Assembly: GCF_006345805.1 (NCBI RefSeq)
Contig: NC_043015.1
Coordinates: 2,480,001 to 2,544,000, forward strand
DNA from: Octopus sinensis
Lineage: Eukaryota
Direction: 5' to 3'
Length of the DNA stretch: 64,000 bases
In this document: piece by piece, positions 14,420 to 25,192 of the stretch
Numbering within the stretch: the stretch's first letter is position 1
How the letters are laid out: each line of letters opens with the position of its first letter
Notes under the pieces: model-generated
Told to the model about the DNA's origin: nothing
The model's input: the letters and a program-made list of their open reading frames with translations, nothing else
The model's database searches: none
Made by a program: the position numbers and the translations under genes

Positions 14420-15060
14420 ATATATATTGATTTTTGATTTTAATATACTATTATATTTTATATATGATAGTGATTTTATATGTTCAATTATAATACAAAA
14501 AATAAAATGTTAGGTTAATTTGATGGTTTAGTCTATACATTTATAGAGTACTAACATATTCTTAAACAAGAATGTTGCTGACAGTTAGCTAAAGTGTCTT
14601 CTGCCTGCGATGAATTAGTTTTAGTCTTGCGTTTACAGGGTCTCGTTTGAGTCAAAATCATATTTTCGGGTGTAGGGCTTTTTATGCTATTACGGGAAGG
14701 CGTTTGGATAAAAAAAAATATTGACTAATTTTGCGGTTATGATATTCTTCAGAATTTATACTTCCATGTAGAAATTAGTAAATGAGCCTGTAGGTTATTC
14801 TCCTTTGTTAAGTAGGGAAAAGTGATCGCAGCATTTTTTACTTTTGGTAATATTGGATTTAATTATTTTATTTTGACGAGTCAAAGTTACAAAGTCCAAT
14901 ATTTAAACCGATAGTAATTGGGTGGGAACTCGTCTTTATTTTCATAAAATAATGCGGAGAGGTGTTACTTTTGGACTGACCATGTCTTTACTTATTGTTC
15001 TTTCGGGGTATTAGTCATAGAGGTTATTAGTCATACATACCGTGAAATAGTAGATATTCG
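14420..15060 (-). mobile_element. Possible very decayed Penelope-like 3' fragment
   Basis: On the minus strand, NITKSKKCCDHF resembles the Cys motif before GIY-YIG, followed by an AT-rich LTR-like tail. Weak. Confidence 0.25.
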
Positions 15061-16874
15061 CCAAAAATAATTTATTCTTATCCTTTGAGGATTGGCGGCA
15101 AGAACCCAAACCCTGCTGTTACACATAAAAGCTTCCAGCAGCATTCCACTCCAGGCCGTTATTGACTGCAATCCCTAGCAGCTTCACATAACCATGTGAA
15201 CAACGCGTAATCTCTTGTTTAAAGGGTTTGGGTTAAACACTGGCGTGCAGACACAGTCAGAGCAATGTGCTATGCCCCGTCCAGCGGACACAGGTTTGTA
15301 CTTTCAGCCACAGCAGTCTATACCTATTCTTACTTCCTTTAAAGTGTCCACAGGACAATGATTGGGAAGTAGTTACGACATATAAAGTTGAGACAGCTCG
15401 CCTCAAATCCCATTCAGGAGCGATGGATATCGATGTTTCGCCATTTCGTTGGATTTTCAACATCCCGTAAATGAACCGAACTGGAGAGGAACTGAAATGC
15501 CAGCCAATGTGACATATTTTAACTGATAAATGCAAAGCAGCTGCAGTATTGAGGAAAAAAGTTATGCTCCTGTCCGGTACAGAAGTGTAAAACCACTATA
15601 AATATCCAGAAGTTTCTAGAACTTGACCTTTCGCCAATATGAAATACCGATGTGAGATGACATCGGGAAGATTCAAAGTCGTAGCCTTAACTAAAATACT
15701 GCCAAAATTAATCGATTGAGATGTGCAACTGAGCAGCTTGATCAAGAGAAATAAAGCCACCTTAGCGTTAAGGAGAGACTAAGAATAAACGCACTTTAGA
15801 TTAGTTAAAAGTTGATGCTGTTATCAGAGAAACAATCATATACATCCTGTCACATTGATCTCAGGAAATGTGTCATGTTTGATTTTATTCATGAATACTA
15901 GACAACATATAGAGATCATTGGTAAAGTGTGCTCAGCATTTAAAAATGGAGGATATAACATGCAAGGCACTATATTTAGGGTGGTGACTCTTCTGCAAAA
16001 AGCGATGCAGTTAGAATCTACTAAATAGAGGATGCAGATTATTAAAAGACTATATATATATACTGTTCAACCGATTTTGTTTCAACTTCACTGGAAATTA
16101 TACTACGGCTGTATTTTTTTCTGACGATACAAATTTATTGGCCAAGTGTGATACCAAGAAAATACGAATGGGAACACCTAAAGTATATATATTATTATTA
16201 AATAGCATCTTTACATGTACTTAAAATAAAACAGGTGCCTTAAGAAATGCACAGTTATTGTTTTTGAAAGCATCAATTATAAGTAATTGAATTAACTTAA
16301 AGTATTAATTAAAAGTATCATTTTGGAATATTGCTTAAACAATACTTGTTTCACTCATTTGACTGCGGCTATTCTGGAGAAGATGGTCTTATAATAATAG
16401 TACAACGAGAAACAGAGGTGATATGAATAGTGGGAACTTGAAGTAGCCGTTTCCGCACTTTTAACCGACATAATATAAAGATAAATCTTTACTTCAAACA
16501 GAATTTCGTATTTCAAACCAAATTCTTACAGTGAATATTCAGAAATCAACCAGGCATATTTTACCTACTTATGATCGGAATCGAGCAATTCTGAATAGGA
16601 ATTTTTTAGTCGTAATGTATTAAAGAATAATCTACTTTTCTATTGAGTCCTATAATTTATCGCTTTTGGTGTATCAATACACACTCAATTTTTTTTCGAA
16701 AACAGAAAGTTTATGTAATGATTACCCAATATTAATTTTTAGTTGAACGTGGATAAAAGTAAATGTTGTGAGTAGTCTCACGGTGTTTGAAAATTGGAAA
16801 CAAATTTGAAATAAACGGACATTCATTTTTAGATAACATAAAATGTCCCCTCCGCTTACTACTAAACAGTTTTA

Positions 16875-17075
16875 GCTGGCAGAAGCATTTTCACGCTGGG
16901 TGAAATGCTTCGCAGTATTTCGTCTGTCTTTACCTTCTTAGTTAAAATTCTGCTGAGGTCGAATTTGCCTTTCATCCTTTCGGGGTCGATATATTAAGCA
17001 CGAGTTGTGTCATGGGGTTGATCTAATCTACTGGCCCCTTCTACCAAAATTTCGGGCCACGTGCCTATAGTAGAA
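16875..17075 (+). mobile_element. Decayed Nin-domain SINE
   Basis: agctggcagaag..gaggtcgaatttgcctttcatcctttcggggtcgata. Confidence 0.85.
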
Positions 17076-17488
17076 CAAAATATGAAATTGTTTCAAATTA
17101 ACTGGAATAACTGTCATTCGTTTTGGAAGAGCAATACTATGTTAGGTTAGTGAACAGCTGCTGCTGTAATCGTAAACTTTACAAAAACTGACGACGACGC
17201 TTCCATCTCAGAATATAGCACACTGCTACGAACGGCAGCCAAATGTTGTATGCATTAAACTCCACTGTATTTTTAAGTTATGATAGAGCACTAGAGCTAC
17301 CATACCAGAGAAACGGACAGAATGTTAATATCCGGGACGCATTTTTACGTTAATCATATCAATTATATTCAAACCGCGATTAGATAAGTATAACATCAAA
17401 ATAATCATTCATGTTTATCAGTCAATACGAATGCAAATATGCTAGAAAACGAAATCAGTCGTTTTCCTCGAAATATCTGGCATAATAA

Positions 17489-17720
17489 GGGCGGTGAGCT
17501 GGCAGAAACTTTTGTACGCTGGGCGAAATGCGTAGCCGTAATTCGTCTGCTATTACGTTCTGAGTTCAAATTCCGCCGAGGTCGACATTGCCTTTCATCC
17601 TTTCGGGGTCGATAAATTAAGTACCAGTTATACACTGGGATCGATATACTCGACTTAATCCGTTTGTATGTGCGTGATTGTCCTCTCTGTGTTTAGCCCC
17701 TTGTGGGTAGTAAAGAAATA
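17489..17720 (+). mobile_element. Full-length Nin-domain SINE
   Basis: ggcggtgagctggcagaaac..gagttcaaattccgccgaggtcgacattgcctttcatcctttcggggtcgataaattaagtacc..ccttgtgggtagtaaagaaata. Flanked by gaaatat(c/g)tggcataat repeats. Confidence 0.93.
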
Positions 17721-17799
17721 GAAATATGTGGCATAATTAACCAAAAGCATGACCTACAGACGTTTGTATAATGACAAATACAACAGAGAAATATCTTGC

Positions 17800-18760
17800 T
17801 CATTATAGCCTTTGAAATAATACGATTTCGTGTCACTCTAAGCGTAAATTACGGCTCCAGAATTATTCCAATAGATTAATTCTTCCCGAAGCACGAAGCA
17901 ACCAACACTTCAAGCTAACAAACCTATTACACTTGAAGGTTTGATATTCATGGACAATCGATGTATAGCAGACAATACTCTATTCTCAGTTTGTCTCTCA
18001 CCATTATCTCTGCTGCAGGGGTTTTTGTGGGAGAGTTCAGCTCCGGTTCTTTCGATTTACGTCACCTGTTTAACAAACCAACTTCATTACAAGCGGCTCT
18101 TTCTAGCGTCAATTTCATCGTTCGTAACTTAGTAATTACACCCTTGGAGTTAACGCTTGATATTTTCTCGCCTTTTCTGTAAGCAACCAACGTGTCACTT
18201 TACCCATGCATCGAACTGTCCTCTAACTTTTGAGATTTCCGCATTTCGATCTTGTCACATCTCCTGTCTTCCACCTCGTAAATTGTATAACAAGCACCAC
18301 GGAAATCTTTTCTCTGTCACACACTTTCTTCTTTGAAGGTCATCTCCAATTCTGCCGTCAATCCCACACCTACCTTCATCTTTCCACTATTACTACTTTC
18401 AATGGAATACTCTCCTCGCCTTCGTACTTTGGTTCTCTTTCCGATGTACCCTTACAAACTTCATAATCGAATTTTCGTCGTTCCTCTGTCACACTGTTTC
18501 AAGCCTGTACTAACATACCTCATATTTTTCTTTTCATTATCTTTCTTGACATTTTACCAAAGCTTCGAGGTTTCATAGAAGTTTCACTAACTTTTCATAT
18601 TGTTTTCCATAGTATTTGGTATCAAACATTTTTCTCTCGTAATCTCAGAGTAATCATTCGAAAAATGTTCATATTCCCACCTTGTCTCACGGTCCATCTC
18701 CTGAAAACATTCTTTAAAACTTCCCTATGCTTTTTTTACTGCTTTTGTATGCATCGGTTA
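17800..18760 (-). mobile_element. Decayed RTE-like LINE reverse transcriptase relic
   Basis: Minus-strand peptides IFRMITLRLREK, LKQCDR, TKVRRRGEYS..KVGV and FPWCLLY appear in the order of RTE RT motifs (IF.VRQLQEK, EKAFDRV, SKVR.G.EYS..VGV, PWELLYADD). Confidence 0.6.
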
Positions 18761-19074
18761 TAAGCAACATCTCACAAATATCTTATGCCATTTTTGGTAC
18801 TGTGTTTTAAAGCACGAACGCTTTAACTGATTCGTATACACATTTTCACTTCAATCAGTTATTAAATATACACACGTAGCAAATCTCAAACAATCGCACC
18901 TACCGAAATCATTTATATTTCCACACGCTGGTACAGCTATACATATATATACACTACGCTAATTTACGTAACCAAAGATAGTACTTTACGCATGTCTCCA
19001 GAAGAAGAAGCACTGTCAAACATTTCTAAATATTCGTCATTTCTTGTACTCAACACACAATCACTGATTTCTCC

Positions 19075-20030
19075 TTGGTGGCTGAAAATTTTTAGGCTGT
19101 CATTGGAAGGTCTGATGCTATATTAGTGAAATCTTGCATGCATTAATCTCAACAATTCCTATTAAAAATCGTATTGTTTTCTCCAAGGCTAACTGACATA
19201 TGCCTGTTCTCAGGAAACACCAAATGCAATTAGTAGCAACTTCTCTTGAAGATGGTCAATTTTTTTGCAACGTGATATTAACAAGTACCTGCAGAAAAGC
19301 TGTTCACATCTCAAATATATTTATTTTGAAAGGGCTGGTACGTTAGGAAATGACACTCTAGATTTATCAACTGTGCAAAAGTGGGCAGCTAAATTTAGGA
19401 AGGGAAATTTGAACCTTAATATGACCCAAGTTCTGGACTCCTGCAACAACGGAAGGAAAGAAAAACACTTTGAGACATAGACAAGAATCAGTGGGACCCG
19501 TGGATGCACCAACTATAAGGAAGATAATGGTTTTTCGTGGTTACAAGAGGTAGTGTTTACCGACTCTCTTGAAAAGAACTACGGCATCGATGGAGAAGAC
19601 TTTGCTAACTCGCTGACACAGTTATAAACAGCTCTCAAGATTAAACCTCTAGGAAAACAGACGAAATGGAACACCTTCCATTGGAACAAATTCTCCAGAA
19701 CACAAGGATTTCGTTTCCATGGCTATTGTTCGTGTGTGTAGCTTTGAGATGGCTGATTCACCTCTTTCTTGGTTTCGACCCATATGATAATCATCTGGTC
19801 GCCAGCATGTCTGGGGACCCGGATCACATTGAAGATGATGCCATATCGGCTGTTGATGCGATTTCCGCCCAACAAGTTGAAAGCTTCTTTGCCATTGTTA
19901 TCCAAGAACTGCAACACCGATGGAAAGAAGGTGTGGCTCGCAATGGGATCTATCTCGAAAAATAAACCACATTTTAGTACATTCCAGGTGAGTAGTTTGG
20001 TTTTTCTATGAACATGTCAGCAGAATCTCG
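19075..20030 (+). mobile_element. Decayed mariner transposon (pseudogenised transposase, internal deletion)
   Basis: HTH region ..INKYLQK..TLGNDTLDLSTVQKWAAKFRKG, central VFTDSLEK..INGE-like segment, and C-terminus ..QQVESFF..IQELQHRWK..GIYLEK*. Degenerate TIRs ggctgaaaatttttaggctg / tctatgaacatgtcagc. Confidence 0.9.
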
Positions 20031-20401
20031 AAATAGTGAGAATTCATTTTTATGCATTAGTAATATTTTCGTTTTAAACACGAAATAACTCTATTTCATA
20101 CACTTTTGTGTATTTTACTTTCTGAATGAGCACAAATATCCGAAACAAGATTTTCCTTTTTCCTTTAACATTCTGAAATGTTAAACCGATGTTGTATTCG
20201 TAAAAAATTTCTTTCTTGTATCGTATTCAGGATTATATTGTTTACGTTATATATGAATATATAGGTATATGTGTCTATGTATAAATGTTCACACACGCGC
20301 ACGCACCATATACGCAATAAAATTTATGTGTGCGCGTGTGTGTGTGTTTTCAGACAGATAAAAGCAAAGTATCGTAGATACCACATACATTTTGCAACCA
20401 A

Positions 20402-20530
20402 GTGTTTTCAGCTTCAGTGGCACAGTACGATAATTTAGGCAAGTGTTTCTACTATAGCCCCGGGACAACCAATACCTTGCGAGAAAGATTAATTGATAGA
20501 AATGGCAGGGAATCACGTCGGATAAACATA
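20402..20530 (+). mobile_element. SINE head/CORE fragment (family of 38593)
   Basis: ttaggcaagtgtttctactatagccccgggacaaccaataccttg. Confidence 0.65.
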
Positions 20531-20560
20531 TATACATGTATATTTATGCATGCATGTATG

Positions 20561-20613
<53 letters not shown>

Positions 20614-20622
20614 TTATATATA

Positions 20623-20697
<75 letters not shown>

Positions 20698-20701
<4 letters not shown>

Positions 20702-20950
20702 GTATAATAGCCATCTCAATATGGCCAACCACAAAGGATGGGTGTTACTGTAGCTCTTAGCCCCAGGAGATCATCGTCTCCAGCTGGCGTTAGGCACACT
20801 ATCTGTGCACTTATGGTATTTGCAAAGGGAGGCCATCCCTTTCTCGTAAGCCTTAGTGATACGCACGGGCCGCAGTTTCGAGGTTGTTGCCTCTTGTCAA
20901 CAGGCGGTAATCATCGGATTACGATGAATGGGAAAGCCTGTTTGCAAATA
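20698..20950 (-). mobile_element. Hammerhead-bearing repeat (probable PLE pLTR), copy A
   Basis: Abuts (TA)n, is homologous to 21059-21327 and contains a U3:A8 hammerhead motif. Confidence 0.7.
20863..20905 (-). ncRNA. Hammerhead motif, U3:A8 core, cleavage triplet mutated to GCC
   Basis: gcctg-TTGACAA-GAGG caacaa CCTC-GAAA-C-tgcg-G-CC-cgtgc. Perfect 4-bp stem II. Confidence 0.55.
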
Positions 20951-21058
20951 TATATATATATGCGTTTTTTCTAGTAACTTCCGTTACTGATTTCGAAAAA
21001 CTGTTTGCAAGCATTACTAAATCTCTGAACGAGATGTAAACAGTAACCGCTCGACAAT

Positions 21059-21327
21059 GTAAAGTATAATAGCCAGCTCAACGTGGCTAACCACAAAGGG
21101 TGGGTGTTACTGTAGCTTTTAGCTCCCATATAAATTTGCATACAGGCTTTGTCTTTCATCGTAATGCGGTGATTACCGCCCGTTGACAAAAGGCAACAAC
21201 CTCGAAACTGCGGTCCGTGCATATCACTTAGGCTTAAGAGAAAGGGATGGCCTCCCTTCGCAAATGCCATAAGAGCACAAATAGTGTGCCTAAAGCCAGC
21301 TGGAGACGATGATATTCTGGGCTAAGA
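21059..21327. mobile_element. Second copy of the 20698 repeat, internally inverted
   Basis: 21059-21126 has the same orientation as the start of copy A; 21134-21327 is the rest of the element inverted. Both breakpoints map to ttagcc(c/t). Confidence 0.8.
21178..21220 (+). ncRNA. Hammerhead motif, U3:A8 core, GUC triplet
   Basis: gcccg-TTGACAA-aAGG caacaa CCTc-GAAA-C-tgcg-G-TC|cgtgc. Stem I has 4 of 5 pairs; predicted cut after 21215. Confidence 0.6.
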
Positions 21328-21365
21328 CGGTTAAGGTTCGAAATTTTCCCACAGTTTCCTAATAT

Positions 21366-21400
<35 letters not shown>

Positions 21401-21755
21401 TATTTATATATATATATATTATATATCTTTATATGTAAATTGAGAAAAAAGGCTCAATAGAGGACAATAAAAACGTTCGGACAGATAGACGATATAACGG
21501 CGGATAAGAGAACCAACAATTAGATAGAGAGTAAAAAAAGACGAGTCATTCTTGGCCTTCTATCTCCAGTCAGGTGCCAGACGTCACGAACATTTCGGGG
21601 TGTTCGGGCTATTACTATTGCGATGGTTCGATCGTATTTGAACATACACGCATGAACTCCCCCCACACCCACACACATACACACGCCCCCCATATATATA
21701 TATAATATATATATTATATATCCGAAATAGAAACACCAAGTAATGTACTTATACT

Positions 21756-21806
<51 letters not shown>

Positions 21807-21849
21807 TATTATATATCCGAAATAGAAACACCAAGTAACGTACTTATAC

Positions 21850-21915
<66 letters not shown>

Positions 21916-22150
21916 TATTATATATCCGAAATAGAAACACCAACTAATGTACTTATACGTAATATATATATTATATAAAAGGGCTTAGTAAAATAAATTA
22001 CTTTGCCGCATACTGAACTCATTAGAAATAGCAGCTAAAAAACTTTTTTAAAGCTATTTCTAATACTTAAAGAAAATCTCTCTCATATATAGTGTTTGCT
22101 TAATTCAACTCACAAAAGTTTGGGGTAAGGACATCGAAAAATCAAATGCT

Positions 22151-22220
22151 AAGGTTATTCGAGAACGTACGTTTCAAGATTAGTCAAAACACATTTCTAT
22201 CATCAGCTCAGAAATTCCTT
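22151..22220 (-). ncRNA. Minimal type I hammerhead motif, tandem copy 1
   Basis: ..ttc-t-gag-CTGATGA-tAGA..TCTt-GAAA-C-GTAC-G-TT|ctc-gaa... Palindrome AACGTACGTT; weak stem II; cut between 22164 and 22163. Confidence 0.6.
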
Positions 22221-22694
22221 GGTTTGGATTTGGAAACACTGAAAATAAGAACATACCCTTTCGAAGATCTGCTCGTAACTAACAGTGCCAACAAATTCAA
22301 ATAAGCAAGCGAAGAATCTCTGTTCTCCCCTTTCCACCAGCGTGGGTTAAAATCATCAAACACTATGCTTATTTCGGTAAAATCCGAAGCATTAATCAGA
22401 GGGAGATTAATTATAATTTCAACAATTGAGGGCAAAATTAATTAATTATTAATCAATTTCACCAAGTGTTCAGTATGCAAAGGGACCATTCAAGGCGAAT
22501 TCAAATTATTACATTATATAAAAGGGCTTAGTAAAATAAATTACTTTGCCGCATACTGAACTCATTAGAAATAGCAGCTAAAAAACTTTTTTAAAGCTAT
22601 TTCTAATACTTAATGAAAATCTCTCTCATATATAGTGTTTGCTTAATTCAACTCACAAAAGTTTGGGGGTAAGGACATCGAAAAATCAAATGCT

Positions 22695-22764
22695 AAGGTT
22701 ATTCGAGAACGTACGTTTCAAGATTAGTCAAAACAACATTTCTATCATCAGCTCAGAATTCCTT
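22695..22764 (-). ncRNA. Minimal type I hammerhead motif, tandem copy 2
   Basis: Same motif; cut between 22708 and 22707. Confidence 0.6.
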
Positions 22765-23237
22765 GGTTTGGATTTGGAAACACTGAAAATAAGAACATAC
22801 CTTTCGAAGATCTGCTCGTAACTAACAGTGCCAACAAATTCAAATAAGCAAGCGAAGAATCTCTGTTCTCCCCTTTCCACCAGCGTGGGTTAAAATCATC
22901 AAACACTATGCTTATTTCGGTAAAATCCGAAGCATTAATCAGAGGGAGATTAATTATAATTTCAACAATTGAGGGCAAAATTAATTAATTATTAATCAAT
23001 TTCACCAAGTGTTCAGTATGCAAAGGGACCATTCAAGGCGAATTCAAATTATTACATTATATAAAAGGGCTTAGTAAAATAAATTACTTTGCCGCATACT
23101 GAACTCATTAGAAATAGCAGCTAAAAAACTTTTTTAAAGCTATTTCTAATACTTAAAGAAAATCTCTCTCATATATAGTGTTTGCTTAATTCAACTCACA
23201 AAAGTTTGGGGGTAAGGACATCGAAAAATCAAATGCT

Positions 23238-23308
23238 AAGGTTATTCGAGAACGTACGTTTCAAGATTAGTCAAAACAACATTTCTATCATCAGCTCAGA
23301 AATTCCTT
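23238..23308 (-). ncRNA. Minimal type I hammerhead motif, tandem copy 3
   Basis: Same motif; cut between 23251 and 23250. Confidence 0.6.
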
Positions 23309-23403
23309 GGTTTGGATTTGGAAACACTGAAAATAAGAACATACCCTTTCGAAGATCTGCTCGTAACTAACAGTGCCAACAAATTCAAATAAGCAAGCGA
23401 AGA

Positions 23404-23453
<50 letters not shown>

Positions 23454-23555
23454 GATAGATATAAATATATATATTATGTATCCGAAATAGAAACACCAAG
23501 TAATGTACTTATACGTATATATATATATATATATTATATATATATATATATATAT

Positions 23556-24445
23556 AAGAAAATAGTAAAGTGTGAAAAAACGACAGAAGGCTTAAATGTT
23601 AAAAAATATATATATTTGTGTAAAAATGTCTGGAGAATATTGCAAAAAATTTTTTTCCTTTCCTTAAAATGACATAATTTTAAAAATTTTTAAAGAAATT
23701 ACCGGTTTCGCGTGTAGCTTTTCAAATTTCTTGTGACGTTATGTTTATATTGCATGGAATTATCGTTGTTTTTATTTCCAGGAGATTTCTAAATAAGGGG
23801 AGGTAGTGAGTGATTTTTTCCGGTGTAGGGGAGATAATCGCTTAAAAATTTTTTTTCCCTTTTCCTTGTTAATTTCTCTGTGTCAGTATGTTCGGATGGT
23901 TGAGTCTGGGTTTGTACTTTTCAATGAAGAATGTTTCCTTGTTCAGTCTCATTTGTGTTGATGATCCGAAAGCACATTGGTAAAATGGGAAGATTAAAAT
24001 TGTGGCAGTAGTTGCTTTGCGCATTTCTCAATGTGCTCACTAAAAGGTATCATTCTCTATTCTGGGAATGCAATCTGTTGTCGATGCAGTGTGCATCTGC
24101 GCCTGAGTGATAGTCCCGTGGAACCCACGTAGTCTTGGTGGCAGCCCGAGCATTTAATAACATAAATTATGTTTTCAGAGGCACAAGTAAAGTTAGATTT
24201 GATCTTAAATTTCTGTCCCTCTTTAAAGAAGAATTCTGATCCTTCCAATAGGTTAGGACATGTTGCACAGTTCGATCTACCACATTTTTTTACTTTTGCA
24301 TCCGTAATTTTAGAAGACAATTTTGCCTTTGTGAGAATCTTTTTAAGTGATTTAGGCTGTTTGTAGCTTTTAATGATTTGGTGTATGTTTAGAATTTCCT
24401 TTTGGGTTTTTATGAAGTATTGGTAAATTCTGGGTGAATTTACCG
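23556..24445 (-). mobile_element. 5'-truncated Penelope-like element: GIY-YIG endonuclease region plus pLTR
   Basis: CGRSNCATC zinc motif and NIIYVIKC..C...YVGSTG..LRRR...H. A premature TAG (24057) and a frameshift precede ..FYQC..RLNKETFFIEKYKPRLN..* (stop near 23869). AT-rich LTR with a hammerhead, ending at (TA)n. Confidence 0.92.
23693..23732 (-). ncRNA. Intact-looking minimal type I hammerhead, U3:A8 variant
   Basis: AAGAAAT-TTGAAAA-GC tacac GC-GAAA-C-CG-G-TA|ATTTCTT. Perfect 7-bp stem I and ACCGGT palindrome; cut between 23700 and 23699. Confidence 0.8.
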
Positions 24446-24449
24446 GTAT

Positions 24450-25080
24450 GCAGTCGCCCATGCATACCGGCCTCCCCTCTCCACGTCACCGATGTTGTCC
24501 AAGGGAAAGGCAAGGGCCGATACAGCTTGGCACCTGTGACGTCGCAACCATTTTCTACAGCTGAGTGAACTGGAGCAACGTGAATTAAAGTGCCTTGCTC
24601 AAGAACACAACACGCAGCCCCGTCCGGGATTCGAGGTCACAACCTCACGATCGTAAGCTCGACGCTCTAACCACTGAGCCATGCATATTTATATATATAT
24701 ATATACGTATAAGTACGTTATTTGGTGTTTCTATTTCGGATATATAATATATATATATTATATATATATATAAATATATATATTATATATCCGAAATAGA
24801 AACACCAAATAACGTACTTATACGTATATATATATATATAAATATGCATGGCTCAGTGGTTAGAGCGTCGAGCTTACGATCGTGAGGTTGTGACCTCGAA
24901 TCCCGGACGGGGCTGCGTGTTGTGTTCTTGAGCAAGGCACTTTAATTCACGTTGCTCCAGTTCACTCAGCTGTAGAAATGAGTTGCGACGTCACAGGTGC
25001 CAAGCTGTATCGGCCCTTGCCTTTCCCTTGGACAACATCGGTGACGTGGAGAGGGGAGGCCGGTATGCATGGGCGACTGC
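24450..25080. repeat. Near-perfect ~630-bp palindrome (inverted SINE duplication around a TA-rich centre)
   Basis: 24450-24746 is the reverse complement of about 24785-25080, differing only in a few bases. Confidence 0.93.
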
Positions 25081-25192
25081 TGGTCTTCCATAAAAAAAAA
25101 ACAACCTTGCCCAGACTTGTGCCTCAGAGGGTATCTCTCTAGGTGCAAACCCATGGTCAGTGCCTGACCGAAGGGGGTCAAAGAAAAAAAAG
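24846..25192 (+). mobile_element. Full-length tRNA-derived CORE-like SINE
   Basis: atggctcagtggttagagcg..acctcgaatccc head, ttgtgttcttgagcaaggcacttt domain and A-rich end. Flanked by copies of tccgaaatagaaacacca..cttatac. Confidence 0.93.

Larger units (their letters stand above)
21969..23403 (-). repeat. Head-to-tail tandem array of a 543-bp unit (about 2.6 copies), each with a hammerhead motif
   Basis: The unit start ttatataaaagggcttag occurs at 21971, 22514 and 23057. Copies differ only by a few indels, and the third copy is truncated near 23402. Confidence 0.95.

Noticed and set aside
20750-20940. Possible HDV-like ribozyme in this structured repeat
   Set aside because: I could not build P1 or P1.1; a hammerhead on the opposite strand explains the structure better.
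21721-21958. Three 34-bp repeats with spacers, superficially CRISPR-like
   Set aside because: The spacers are pure (TA)n, the context is eukaryotic and there are no cas genes.
22208-22435. ORFs within the 543-bp unit (SIVFDDF resembles a Walker B motif; 543 is divisible by 3)
   Set aside because: No accompanying helicase motifs, the ORF ends differ between copies through indels, and the frames I read in the AT-rich half contain stops, so there is no endless circular ORF.
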